From a virus (taxonomy: Duplodnaviria; Caudoviricetes), in the IMG/VR virus record IMGVR_UViG_3300049228_000024, positions 1 to 24,474 of that record: a stretch of DNA of 24,474 nucleotides, one strand, 5' to 3'. A program made the position numbers and the translations under genes. The notes below the pieces were generated by a model. That model had not been told where the DNA came from and did no database searches. It saw only the letters and a list, made by a program, of their open reading frames with translations. Shown piece by piece: positions 15,710 through 24,473 of the stretch; the stretch's first letter is position 1, and each line of letters opens with the position of its first letter.

Positions 15710-18152
15710 ATCTACCTTCCCACTCATAAGAAGAGAACGTACAGGGCAAGAATGTAGCAGACTTAAGAGAAACTCTAGTTGTACGGCTGCTACCGCCGAT
15801 AGCAAAATCAAAAACACCTGTCATAATATCGACAGCGGACAGCAAAGCTACGTTTATTTGATTTGTACGGAATTCAGTCCCGTACTCAATGTCGTCTTCA
15901 ACGGAAGTTACAATCGCATCAAAAGCACCTGTATTGATATACTGAACTCGACCACGGTGGACTTGAAGCCTGCCGGCGGTCTTTGAACTAGAATTAGAAG
16001 AACCAGCACGTCCGTCAAGGAGCACCGATTCAGAAGGGCCCCATTCGCTGTGGTAAAGGCGTCCTACATAAGCAGGGTGTGCGGAGAAATCGCCTTCAGC
16101 AATGATAAACGTTGGGAACAAAGAATTGTAAGGATCGTGAGTGACGATCGCTCCCCTGTAGTCCCCCCAAATTCCCCCTAAAACCACCAAGTACTCTTCA
16201 TCGATTTGCTGCTCGTAAGGGAGCACCCAAGTCGTATAGCCAGCAGTTAAAGACCCAGTGAGCTTTACGAGATCATCGAGGTACACACGGTAGCCTAGAG
16301 GGGTTGAGCCCACACCGAGGTCTTCGTCGACTTTTCCAAAGTCCATTTTGACCAAATGAAGGCCGTCTAGTCGACGGGTAAGTACATAGAGTTTGGTCTC
16401 AATAAAGTCAAAATTCAGAATGTCTTCGTCAGCCCCAAAGTCCCACGTAGACCACGAAGCCATTACTTGATCGGTACCGATAATGTGGGTACGATAAACG
16501 TAAAGGCTATTTGGTTTATTACTGGAACGAAGAACGAGCATATTCAAAGCCGCAGACGACTTCATATGATCTATGTTGCTCGGAATATAGCCTTGGGCGT
16601 GGCCAGTAATTTCGTCAGCTTTAAAACTAAACAAATCAGTTTTAGCGTAGCGGTAGACGGCTGAGCTGCCTCCCCGGTCTAGAACGAAGTGCAAACCTGT
16701 GCCGAGCACCACGGGTTTAATGTCTGAAAAAGCGTAGATAGCCCGCTCTTCAATACGAGCATTTTTGATCGTTAGTGGGGAATCATTTGCGCCAACGAGT
16801 TCCCCAATGGTATCCCCGATGGACGATAGGAGGGTAATGTTACCCTCAAAATTGACCATGTGATCCCAAATAGAGACTCTATTCGACGTACCTGCAATGT
16901 CAAAAGGATCTGAATCGATAAGAGTGGTAACTGTTGTGGGCCAGAAGTTGAATAAATTACCAGCTTCAGTAGCGATAACGTTTTCGTCAGCGGCGAGCAA
17001 CAGGCGGTTCTTATGGAGTGTGATGCCTTTGATCTGGGTTCCTACAAAGCTTGGCACAGGAGAAGAAAGTGTGTCTCCTACAGATCTAGAAGCCCAAGCA
17101 ATGGGCTGGAAAGTAAAAGCTCCGGCGGCGTATACGAGAGCATGTGGCATTGTATCCACGTTAAAGCCGTCCGTTAAACCAGGAAGAAGCGTCTCTTGCC
17201 AAACGCGCTTTGTACCATTGAATTTCAGATAGTACTCATCTTCATCAGAGCCATCAGTCCCAGTAATCTTTACAACAAAACCATCGACACCATCATGAGG
17301 CAAGTCACTAAAAGAAGGTGTTTCAGGAGAAGCGCCTGTCGTAGAAGTGGTTACAAACAAGTAATTACTAGGAGAATCACCAATACCAGAAGAGTACTTT
17401 ACAGTTTCAAGCGCGTTCTGAAACTGGTAGCCATGAAGAAGATTCCGTCCATTACGTGTAAATTTCCAATTTGTCGTGCCGGCTGTAACACCCGTTGTAT
17501 TTGAAGGTGTGGCACCGACACCCAAAGCCAGACAGATTCTATCAATAACATCGCCTGAATCTTGATTGGCGGTTGCAGCAATAACAAGATTTGTGGCACC
17601 AAATGACATGGATTGTACCATGTAAGTATTAATGCCCACTTTAGCATACAAAAGAAACTCATGAGCATTCGTACGACCAGCAGAGGCCGACCCTTGAGTC
17701 ACAGTTTTCCGCTTATTGATAATAAACGTATAATCGGCAACTGTAAGGGCTTCAAATGAATTATCAGCCGTGATTGTAGCAGACGGTGTGATATCTAAAT
17801 AAGTGTAAGCACCTTCAGAGCCGGCAGCACCACCGGTAACCGTAACCTCGGCACCCGTAGTTAGGTTAAAAACGTTGACATCGCCATCTTCAATAAGGGC
17901 AACAAACTGTTGTCCATCGCCCCGATTAATAAGGTGTGTGTAAAACCCACCAGTAGGAGCAGCACCAGCAGCCGAGCCGGCCAAACGCGCAACATGCTCT
18001 GTGGGAGGACGTCTAGCAACTCCAAGTGCGACATCGCTGAGCATATTAATTTGCTCTTCGCACTGAGACGAAAGCCTTTGTGCAGCCGGCTGACGAGAGA
18101 CGCCATTGATCAAAGACGGCGCATTCTGCGAAATCAGCCGATCAGTGGGCAT
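15684..18152 (-). CDS. Tail tubular protein B (nozzle, T7 gp12-like)
   Basis: LINGVSRQP..QR...QCEEQIN..SD...G..RRPP N-terminus; TMPHAL, W..RSVGD..S.P.PSFVG, NRL, SWSTWDF and GRLQ motifs; C-terminal EWEG.Y. Confidence 0.95.
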   Translation of the reverse strand: MPTDRLISQNAPSLINGVSRQPAAQRLSSQCEEQINMLSDVALGVARRPPTEHVARLAGSAAGAAPTGGFYTHLINRGDGQQFVALIEDGDVNVFNLTTGAEVTVTGGAAGSEGAYTYLDITPSATITADNSFEALTVADYTFIINKRKTVTQGSASAGRTNAHEFLLYAKVGINTYMVQSMSFGATNLVIAATANQDSGDVIDRICLALGVGATPSNTTGVTAGTTNWKFTRNGRNLLHGYQFQNALETVKYSSGIGDSPSNYLFVTTSTTGASPETPSFSDLPHDGVDGFVVKITGTDGSDEDEYYLKFNGTKRVWQETLLPGLTDGFNVDTMPHALVYAAGAFTFQPIAWASRSVGDTLSSPVPSFVGTQIKGITLHKNRLLLAADENVIATEAGNLFNFWPTTVTTLIDSDPFDIAGTSNRVSIWDHMVNFEGNITLLSSIGDTIGELVGANDSPLTIKNARIEERAIYAFSDIKPVVLGTGLHFVLDRGGSSAVYRYAKTDLFSFKADEITGHAQGYIPSNIDHMKSSAALNMLVLRSSNKPNSLYVYRTHIIGTDQVMASWSTWDFGADEDILNFDFIETKLYVLTRRLDGLHLVKMDFGKVDEDLGVGSTPLGYRVYLDDLVKLTGSLTAGYTTWVLPYEQQIDEEYLVVLGGIWGDYRGAIVTHDPYNSLFPTFIIAEGDFSAHPAYVGRLYHSEWGPSESVLLDGRAGSSNSSSKTAGRLQVHRGRVQYINTGAFDAIVTSVEDDIEYGTEFRTNQINVALLSAVDIMTGVFDFAIGGSSRTTRVSLKSATFLPCTFSSYEWEGRYVQRSDSV

Positions 18153-18171
18153 CTACGAGTCCAATCAAGGG

Positions 18172-18780
18172 TTATCGGTTGTGCATTAGATTGAAGAAAT
18201 GAGGAGTTAGAGTTTGATCTAGATCCTCAAAATCAATGTCTTCCTCTTGCATATTCGTAAGGGCTACCCGCGCTTGGTCGCGCAGATCAGCATCCACAGA
18301 AGTAGAACCAAGAGTACGACTCTGAAACCGAATGGAAGCAACACAGTATATGTACTCTCGAACATTAGCGGGGAGGTCAGCAAAATCAATAAGACGCACA
18401 CACTTGAGGATGACAGGTTCGGAAGTAGAAACGAATTCGTCTACAGCATTAGCTCTATCGTAAAGTCTTGTGCCTCGCTGAACCAACCTTACTGGATTCT
18501 GATCAGCTGTAGCAACAGGACCACCAGACAATACTTCAGCATGGACAAGCTCTTCTGGAAGAACGTAATGGTTTTCGGAGTCTAAAGCAATCGTTACGAA
18601 TTCAGTATTGAACCACCAGCCCGTAGATTGTGTCATCCGGCTAGCAGTCTCAAGTGAATCAATGGCACGAACAACGTCTAGACGCGCAGGGTCTTCAAGT
18701 GTGTTTACAGGACGCTCATTGATATCGTGCAACATAGAGTTGACGGCATCTAGCTCTGTCGGAGGAGTCGGAGCTGCCAT
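18172..18780 (-). CDS. Tail tubular protein A (adaptor, T7 gp11-like)
   Basis: TELDAVNSML..I.E.PVNTL, Q..GWWFNTE, RG.RLYD and F.DLP....YI...AS..F motifs. Confidence 0.95.
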   Translation of the reverse strand: MAAPTPPTELDAVNSMLHDINERPVNTLEDPARLDVVRAIDSLETASRMTQSTGWWFNTEFVTIALDSENHYVLPEELVHAEVLSGGPVATADQNPVRLVQRGTRLYDRANAVDEFVSTSEPVILKCVRLIDFADLPANVREYIYCVASIRFQSRTLGSTSVDADLRDQARVALTNMQEEDIDFEDLDQTLTPHFFNLMHNR

Positions 18781-18791
18781 TGATTACCCAC

Positions 18792-18834
18792 AAAAAGCAA
18801 AAGAGGGGCCCTCTGAATTACTCCAGAGAGCCCC
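18792..18834 (-). terminator. Intrinsic terminator after major capsid gene (Tphi-like)
   Basis: Minus strand GGGGCTCTCTG-GAGTAATT-CAGAGGGCCCC (11-bp stem with one G-U pair) followed by TCTTTTGCTTTTTG; same position as T7 Tphi. Confidence 0.85.
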
Positions 18835-18877
18835 ATAAAGAACCCAATCGAACATACTCGAAAGGGGGAATCAAATA

Positions 18878-19864
18878 TTACGAAAGATCGAGAGAAACCG
18901 TAGCTTCCGGTCGAAGGTAATCGTAACCTTTAGCATACTTAGCGACGAGCATCGTGCCCTGACGCTCCATAGTATACTGGGCCTCAAACTGAAGACCGAT
19001 CAACGTAACACAACCCGAAGCGGAAGCATGAGCACAAACACCAAAGTTGGTGCTATAGTCAAGCTGCAAACGAGTCGAAAGCTGGGTTTCAGCCGTCCAC
19101 ACGTCTCGGGGAAGGTTGTTCGTCTTAACGATCATAAAATCTGCCGCAGACTTCATCGTCGCGGTAGCTCGCTGACCATTGCCACTATCGTTGAAGTCAC
19201 GATCGATAAACTCGCCATCCTGAAGAAGCAAATAGAACGCCGCCGGAGTAATCCAGCAGTAACGATCCATTGCCGGGACACTGAAGTTATCAAGCTGCTC
19301 GGCTGCACCGTAGATAGCTGCTTTCAAAATGTTGACATCGGTGCTCATGTTAGCTTCGATCTCAGGGGAGGTCTGATCGCCACCCGTGAAGCCAGCCGTG
19401 GCAGTACGACAGCCAGCGACGAGAGCCGCGAGCGTACGCTTGTCATCGGCCTCAGCAAGGATCTGACCCTGCTGCTCTGCATACTCAGGACGAACATCGA
19501 AGTGACTCTTCGCTTCGTCGAGAACATCGATAAACAACGGAGCCACCAGGAGGCCGTCAATCGAGATAACATGCTCATTACTGTTGATCTGAGCAAAGAC
19601 AAGCTCACGCCCACGCAAAGTACTCGCGTCAGCAGGACCACCAGGGTTCTTAACCAAACTTGCCACAGGGAACCGGCCGAGAACCGGAAACTGAGCCGAC
19701 TTGCCACTAGTAATCGTACGCTCAATTCGACGGCCCTTTGTGGTCGTCACTTTATTGAAAGCCCCTAGAACTTGCCCGCCGTAAACCTTGAGAGCAAGAT
19801 CGTCGAACGGAGTGCCGAGACTGTTGATATCCAGAAAACCTGAAACAACATGCGGATTAGCCAT
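18878..19864 (-). CDS. Major capsid protein (T7 gp10-like)
   Basis: LALKVYGGQVL.AF, RTITSGKSAQFPVLGR, I.IDGLL, DVR.EY..Q.G..LA...D, TNNLP and G..LRPE motifs; SD AGGAG. Confidence 0.97.
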   Translation of the reverse strand: MANPHVVSGFLDINSLGTPFDDLALKVYGGQVLGAFNKVTTTKGRRIERTITSGKSAQFPVLGRFPVASLVKNPGGPADASTLRGRELVFAQINSNEHVISIDGLLVAPLFIDVLDEAKSHFDVRPEYAEQQGQILAEADDKRTLAALVAGCRTATAGFTGGDQTSPEIEANMSTDVNILKAAIYGAAEQLDNFSVPAMDRYCWITPAAFYLLLQDGEFIDRDFNDSGNGQRATATMKSAADFMIVKTNNLPRDVWTAETQLSTRLQLDYSTNFGVCAHASASGCVTLIGLQFEAQYTMERQGTMLVAKYAKGYDYLRPEATVSLDLS

Positions 19865-19892
19865 TTGTAGAGAAAACTCCTACGAAAGCTGA

Positions 19893-20609
19893 TTACTTGA
19901 GGTAACCAGATTTCATACTAGAAACGATCCTTTGATCTACGACCTGCTTGAACCCGGGATCAGTCGAGTATCGTTTGTCGGAAACCAGAGCAGCAACCTG
20001 TTCATCGGATCGAATAGGTTCAAAAGCAGACGAAACATTCGACTGCGGCTGAACCCGTTTGGTTTGAGATACAGCGGGGACTTGATTCCCCGCTGCTTTG
20101 AATTGAGCTTGAAGACCAGAGACAGCCAGCTTAACCATCTTAGGGTCTTTAACTGCCTCATTAAACGCTCCAATGTCCTCTTGAGACAGAGCTTTGGAAG
20201 CCCAGTTTACCATCTCGCCGTAAGCCGTTTCACCACCAACGTGAGAGAAAATTGCTTGTCTAGCGGTTTCAACCGAAGCTTTCGCTCCGACCATATGCTG
20301 GTCAATGAGGGCGTCAGCGTTGACAAAGCCCGCCTTTTCCAGGCGACTCTTGATCGTAGTGCGGCTCTCATCAGACAGAGCACCGGTATCGGCGTACTCC
20401 TGGTAGAATGGTGCCAGGTCGAGCTGATCAACGGCGTCAGCAGACTTTTCAGGGATCTCCAGCGTTTCGACTTTAGCGTCAGCAGCGGGAGGCTTTACGT
20501 CGGGCTCAGGGACAGCCTCGGGAGCAACGACAGGTTCCTTCGGCGCCGCCGCATCTAAGAAGGCTTGCTCGGTTTCAGGCGTGATAGAGACAGAAACACC
20601 ATTAGACAT
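19893..20609 (-). CDS. Capsid assembly scaffolding protein (T7 gp9-like)
   Basis: EYADTGALSDES, VGGETAYGEMVNWA..AL..EDI.AFN and SDKRYSTDPGF...V..RI motifs; acidic; directly upstream of the capsid gene; SD GGAGGT. Confidence 0.93.
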   Translation of the reverse strand: MSNGVSVSITPETEQAFLDAAAPKEPVVAPEAVPEPDVKPPAADAKVETLEIPEKSADAVDQLDLAPFYQEYADTGALSDESRTTIKSRLEKAGFVNADALIDQHMVGAKASVETARQAIFSHVGGETAYGEMVNWASKALSQEDIGAFNEAVKDPKMVKLAVSGLQAQFKAAGNQVPAVSQTKRVQPQSNVSSAFEPIRSDEQVAALVSDKRYSTDPGFKQVVDQRIVSSMKSGYLK

Positions 20610-20883
20610 GGATCTTTACCTCCACCCGAGGACTGTCCTTATCTATACGGTACTTCTTTTGAAGGCTCTCATCTTGGCTGTAAGCTCGCCGAAGAGTCGT
20701 AACCTGTACGGACTTCTTCTCGGAGTTTCGAATAATCCGCGTAACTTCGTAAACATCAAATACGCAATTCTGTCGCGTATCGTAATAAGTGTCTACGATC
20801 TTCCGCTTAACGCCCCCCTTTTCGGTGTAAAAACGCGTTTTGTCTTTAGGGTCGTTTTGCTTGTCTTTATGGTCTTCTGCCAT
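20602..20883 (-). CDS. Hypothetical basic protein (93 aa) between portal and scaffold
   Basis: ATG 20883 with SD GAGGA, 10 nt after the portal stop; the stop overlaps the scaffold start by 8 nt, so it fills the gap exactly. Confidence 0.7.
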   Translation of the reverse strand: MAEDHKDKQNDPKDKTRFYTEKGGVKRKIVDTYYDTRQNCVFDVYEVTRIIRNSEKKSVQVTTLRRAYSQDESLQKKYRIDKDSPRVEVKIHV

Positions 20884-20893
20884 GTATCCTCGC

Positions 20894-22531
20894 TTACTGA
20901 GATTGAGCCTGCGGAATGTTCTGAAGAGCGCCAGCAAGCTGCTCGGGAGCCATCTGGCCTCCAACCGAACCAACGGCCTGACCAGCACCTTTAGCTAGCT
21001 CAGAGCCAACAATCTGCTGAGATTGGGCACGCTGCGCTTGCATTTGCTCTTCTTCGACCTGCTTCGAATCTTTGATCAGACCTTCGGTAGCAATACCGGC
21101 ACCAGTAAAGATCTGTGAAATCAGTTCGGATGCTTTGAGGTACGAAGGAAGCTCTGGCATATAAACAGCCGTTTCACCAGTAAGAGCAAGGGCTTCACGA
21201 AGGCGCATCAAATCCTGGCCACGACCGATCGCAGCCAAGCCAGTGACGACACCAATGCGTACGGAGTCTTTAGGGAGCTTCTTAAGCTCACCCCGTTTGA
21301 TCAAGCTGGCTTCATAAAGGCGAGCGAGAGGGAGCTGAAGGCTCTGGCTGAGCATTGAGAACACACCACCAAGGGTATCCTCTAGTTCCTCTGCCATCTT
21401 TCGGATTTCTTCCGCAGTAACACGCTCCGCTTGACGCTGAAAACTAGAATTCAGCATAAAGTCTGCTGACAAAGCGGCCACGAGGTCGTTCCGGGTAGCA
21501 GCAGCGACTTGCATATCGCCCGTCTTTTGGAGTTGGATGGCCTGCACGTCATCTTTACGCGCAAGCACAGCACCGCCGTTGACGGTTTCCATAAACTTCT
21601 TGGGCTTGAGAGGTGAAGTAGGATCTATGCCCCAAACAATCTTAGCTGCATTTGCACTGGCGAATAGGATGTCGCGCGAAAGCTGCTCTAGCGAAGTCAA
21701 GTCGCCACGATACTCCTCGACGAACCCTCGACCGTAGTCCTCGCCATCGATCTCGATATACCGCAAACAGAGCCAAGGCAGCGTCTCCTCAGTATAAGTC
21801 TGTTCGGTGTTTTCGATCTCTACACCACCGACCTCTTGGCAGACTTTGAAATTCTTACCGTCACGTTTAATGCTAGTGTAAAGCGCTACAACCTTTTCAG
21901 GATGAGCAGGGCTTTCAGTTTCAACGTATTCAATGCTATTAATGGCAGCAAGTACATCTTCGTCTTCAATCGTATGACGATCTAAGATCTCGCAAACAAT
22001 CATTTCGATCAGTGAGCCGCGACCATCACGTCGAACGACGAAAGTATTCAGGCCGTAAACCTGAAGATCCCCTGATTCAGGCTCAACGTACACCGCACAG
22101 TTGCCACTAATGAGCAAATGGCGGATGATCTGGAAGCCTTTAGGACGTACATTGCGAAGGTCCACTTCGGATTGAATGCGGGCTTCTCGTTTGGCGAGAG
22201 CGCTCGTGATAGCCCCTAGTTCGGTTCCTGTCTGTTGAGCTTCTTCTTGCACGTGAGCTGATACAACATACTTAAGAAAAGGGCTTGTGGGAGGGAAAAG
22301 CGTAAGCAAGAGCTTAGAAGCAAGGTTGTTGACACCGCGCGCTCCTAGAGACTGGAAGGGCTTTGCTAGAATAACCTTTGTCGAACCGCTGCGTTGCATG
22401 ATATCCTGTTGATCAGGAACAACAGAAGGTATGGTAAGCAGGGCACTACGAAAAGCTTCTTCGAGGTAAGTAGTCCGCTCGCTCTGCCACGCCTTGTAGC
22501 GGCCACTTGCAGAGCCTTTAGCGTACTCCAT
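20894..22531 (-). CDS. Head-to-tail connector (portal, T7 gp8-like)
   Basis: QSLGARGVNNLASKLLLTLFPP..PF, GEDYGRGFVEEYRGDL.SLE.L, ERVTAEEIR....ELE..LGGVFS.LS and TGL.AIGRGQD motifs. Confidence 0.97.
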   Translation of the reverse strand: MEYAKGSASGRYKAWQSERTTYLEEAFRSALLTIPSVVPDQQDIMQRSGSTKVILAKPFQSLGARGVNNLASKLLLTLFPPTSPFLKYVVSAHVQEEAQQTGTELGAITSALAKREARIQSEVDLRNVRPKGFQIIRHLLISGNCAVYVEPESGDLQVYGLNTFVVRRDGRGSLIEMIVCEILDRHTIEDEDVLAAINSIEYVETESPAHPEKVVALYTSIKRDGKNFKVCQEVGGVEIENTEQTYTEETLPWLCLRYIEIDGEDYGRGFVEEYRGDLTSLEQLSRDILFASANAAKIVWGIDPTSPLKPKKFMETVNGGAVLARKDDVQAIQLQKTGDMQVAAATRNDLVAALSADFMLNSSFQRQAERVTAEEIRKMAEELEDTLGGVFSMLSQSLQLPLARLYEASLIKRGELKKLPKDSVRIGVVTGLAAIGRGQDLMRLREALALTGETAVYMPELPSYLKASELISQIFTGAGIATEGLIKDSKQVEEEQMQAQRAQSQQIVGSELAKGAGQAVGSVGGQMAPEQLAGALQNIPQAQSQ

Positions 22532-22537
22532 TTAAGA

Positions 22538-22729
22538 TTACCCCGGGGCTACGTTGAGGCCAGCAGCAGGAAGCGGGATGCCCAAACCCAAGTCAGTACG
22601 CAACTGATTCCGACCACGACGCAAACGCAAGCGTGTATCAGAGGACGGATTAATAGCACCAAGTTGGATCTCGGGGGCTTTAACTTCGATCGGGACTTTG
22701 TTCTTGGGCTTCGGAGGAGAGGCACACAT
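22538..22729 (-). CDS. Small virion protein (T7 gp6.7/gp7.3-like), 63 aa
   Basis: ATG 22729 gives MCASPPKPK (gp6.7-like MC.SPK start). The C-terminus RRGRNQLRTDL...GLNV resembles the gp7.3 ending. It lies immediately upstream of the portal. Confidence 0.7.
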   Translation of the reverse strand: MCASPPKPKNKVPIEVKAPEIQLGAINPSSDTRLRLRRGRNQLRTDLGLGIPLPAAGLNVAPG

Positions 22730-22730
22730 A

Positions 22731-22934
22731 TTACTCGCTCTCCTCAACCACACCCCGCTTACGAACGCGCTTAATCACGCGGGGCTTAAGCTCTTCCGTA
22801 TTCTCTTCCATACGACGAAGATTGTATTTCTTAGGAGCAGCCTGTGCGTTCCTCGCTGCATTCTTTCGAACTCGCGCACCCGCCTCACCATTATCAGAAG
22901 CAAGCTGTGCGTGAATAATTTTGCTAAAAGACAT
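22731..22934 (-). CDS. Hypothetical basic protein (67 aa), first gene after the terminator
   Basis: ATG with SD AAGGGA; abuts the next gene with a 1-nt gap; Arg/Lys-rich. Confidence 0.6.
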   Translation of the reverse strand: MSFSKIIHAQLASDNGEAGARVRKNAARNAQAAPKKYNLRRMEENTEELKPRVIKRVRKRGVVEESE

Positions 22935-22967
22935 TTGGATTCCCTTTTAAGGAATAAAGTGGTTTTG

Positions 22968-22987
22968 GTCCTAGAGGGTGGGACCCA
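22968..22987 (-). promoter_or_regulatory. Candidate phage RNA polymerase promoter, copy 1 (TGGGTCCCACCCTCTAGGAC)
   Basis: Immediately downstream of an intrinsic terminator at the head of the structural operon (analogous to T7 phi6.5); 17/20 match to 6022-6041. Confidence 0.5.
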
Positions 22988-23018
22988 AAAACAAAAAGGG
23001 GTCCAACAAAGGACCCCT
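22987..23018 (-). terminator. Intrinsic terminator closing the nucleotide metabolism/ClpP block
   Basis: Minus strand AGGGGTCC-TTTGTT-GGACCCCT (8-bp perfect stem) followed by TTTTGTTTTT, 4 nt after the ClpP stop. Confidence 0.85.
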
Positions 23019-23022
23019 AATG

Positions 23023-23601
23023 TCACACTACGCGATCTGCAATACCAGCTTCTACAATCGATTGTCCACCAAGAAGCCAGAATTCAGCCTTTTTCTCAGT
23101 AGTAGCTTTCCACCACTTGGCGTCGTTTGGTGTGTACCTGCCCATGAGTTCACACCAGTATTCGTGGAACCAATCGTCGACTTTTCTACGATCTTTAGCT
23201 GCCCGATATCCGAGTTCACCTTGAGTAGTGGTGCTTTCGTGAGACATTAGAATCGTACTGGGGGTGACTAAGCGTGTCTGAGCGCAAGCTAGAAGCAGAA
23301 CCCCGGCAGAACAAACCTGTCCGTAAGCCACAACCGTAATCTGCCCATGGCGGCGGATAGCATCGTGGATGGCAAACATGGAGACTTCATCGCCCCCAGG
23401 GGTATTCAGGTGGACCTCTAACGGATCAGGACCGAGCCTATCTAAGACCAGCCAGAACCAAGAGCCGGTACTTTCGTCGATCTCCCCATCCAAGTAAACC
23501 ACCCGGCGTTGCCAGTCGACGCCCATGTTAGCAACGTGGGCGATCGCGGGAGCAGGAAGGAGCTTTACCTCTTCGCTTTCATCAATTTGAAAAAACTCCA
23601 T
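23023..23601 (-). CDS. clpP: ClpP-like serine protease (S14 family)
   Basis: RVVYLDGEIDE, LNTPGGD...FAIHDAI, nucleophile G.VCSAG..LL, His motif ILMSHE and C-terminal A GIAD.V; SD GGAGGT. Confidence 0.88.
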   Translation of the reverse strand: MEFFQIDESEEVKLLPAPAIAHVANMGVDWQRRVVYLDGEIDESTGSWFWLVLDRLGPDPLEVHLNTPGGDEVSMFAIHDAIRRHGQITVVAYGQVCSAGVLLLACAQTRLVTPSTILMSHESTTTQGELGYRAAKDRRKVDDWFHEYWCELMGRYTPNDAKWWKATTEKKAEFWLLGGQSIVEAGIADRVV

Positions 23602-23614
23602 GCAAACCTCCCAC

Positions 23615-24163
23615 TTAAGCAGCGTTAAACACTAGATCCAAAGCCAAAGCAAGGTCGTAGTATCGACCTAAGAAAGACTCCTCAGCTTGAACAGGAGACC
23701 ACACCTTGAGCATTGGATGGTTACCTAGGGGAGGCTCTACCCCGTCCCCAGGCATGAGATCCCTATATTCCCACCGACGCATCTCAAAGTCTTGAAGGTG
23801 GACCTGTTGATCCATAGGAAGCGGAATCCTAAATACGTCAAAGATGGCTCCTGTGACGATAAGTTCCATTGCGCGGTACTCAGGTAGACGGGCTTTAATG
23901 GGTGTGGGGATATCCCCCAAATAAGCTTCGGCAGAATCATGGAACAACCCCTGCAACTGAACGATCTGTGGAGCACCATTACGAAGCAGAGCGTCAGCAA
24001 CCATAACCGAATGCTGCCCTACGCTGATCTGGGGGTTCGCATGGGCACCCCAGCGCGGAGTGTGGGCTAGAGAGTAAGCAATATCAGCAAGGCAGATATC
24101 TTCCGGCTGAGGGTTTTCAAAGTGAAATTTACGACCGGTAGCTGTAGTAATAAAATCAACCAT
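23615..24163 (-). CDS. HD-domain phosphohydrolase (YfbR/YfdR-like 5'-deoxynucleotidase)
   Basis: DIAYSLA..PRW.AH, SVGQHS and LFHDSAEAYLGDIPTPIK motifs. Start placed at ATG 24163 (SD GAGGA, overlapping the kinase stop). Confidence 0.88.
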   Translation of the reverse strand: MVDFITTATGRKFHFENPQPEDICLADIAYSLAHTPRWGAHANPQISVGQHSVMVADALLRNGAPQIVQLQGLFHDSAEAYLGDIPTPIKARLPEYRAMELIVTGAIFDVFRIPLPMDQQVHLQDFEMRRWEYRDLMPGDGVEPPLGNHPMLKVWSPVQAEESFLGRYYDLALALDLVFNAA

Positions 24164-24473
24164 TGCCGTCCTCTTCATTTCGGAAGTAATCAATCAAACG
24201 AACGGAAGCCGCTGTAAGGCCGGCATCATCACCCGAATCTAGAATAAAACAAGAGTCGGCAGCAACACCATCTAAAGAGTTTTCGCTTTCGTGGGCCTTG
24301 TAAGCAGTCTCAGCACCACCCACTTTAACCATTCGAACGATAAAGACCGAAGCAAAGTGCTTCCTCAAAGCCTCAAGTTCATTAGGAAAGCGGCAGTCGG
24401 TGCACACAAAGCCACTACAGTCGAAAGCATTAGCACTCTTAGTAGCGTTACGAAGAGCAGCGTTAACCCAAAC
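24156..24473 (-). CDS. Deoxynucleoside monophosphate kinase (5'-truncated by window edge)
   Basis: The frame is open to the window end: VWVNAAL...FVCTDCRFPNE...IVR...HESE..LD. The D.RF.NE and H.SE motifs match phage dNMP kinases. Confidence 0.85.
   Translation of the reverse strand, partial: VWVNAALRNATKSANAFDCSGFVCTDCRFPNELEALRKHFASVFIVRMVKVGGAETAYKAHESENSLDGVAADSCFILDSGDDAGLTAASVRLIDYFRNEEDGNG

Noticed and set aside
16292-16312. Third promoter-like match (GGGCTCAACCCCTCTAGGCT) within the gp12 gene
   Set aside because: Only a partial match and intragenic; could be chance.
18835-18900. Possible capsid 10B-type frameshift extension
   Set aside because: Under 100 nt separate the capsid stop from the gp11 start and the gap contains the terminator, so there is no room for an extension domain; no clear slippery heptamer seen.
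19028-19768. 246-aa plus-strand ORF antisense to the major capsid gene
   Set aside because: Shadow ORF on a strongly conserved gene, with no recognisable motifs; all credible genes here are on the minus strand.
19932-20558. 208-aa plus-strand ORF antisense to the scaffold gene
   Set aside because: Shadow ORF explained by codon bias of the sense gene.
22775-23026. 83-aa minus-strand ORF overlapping the ClpP stop
   Set aside because: It runs through the terminator and overlaps the better supported 22731-22934 gene.
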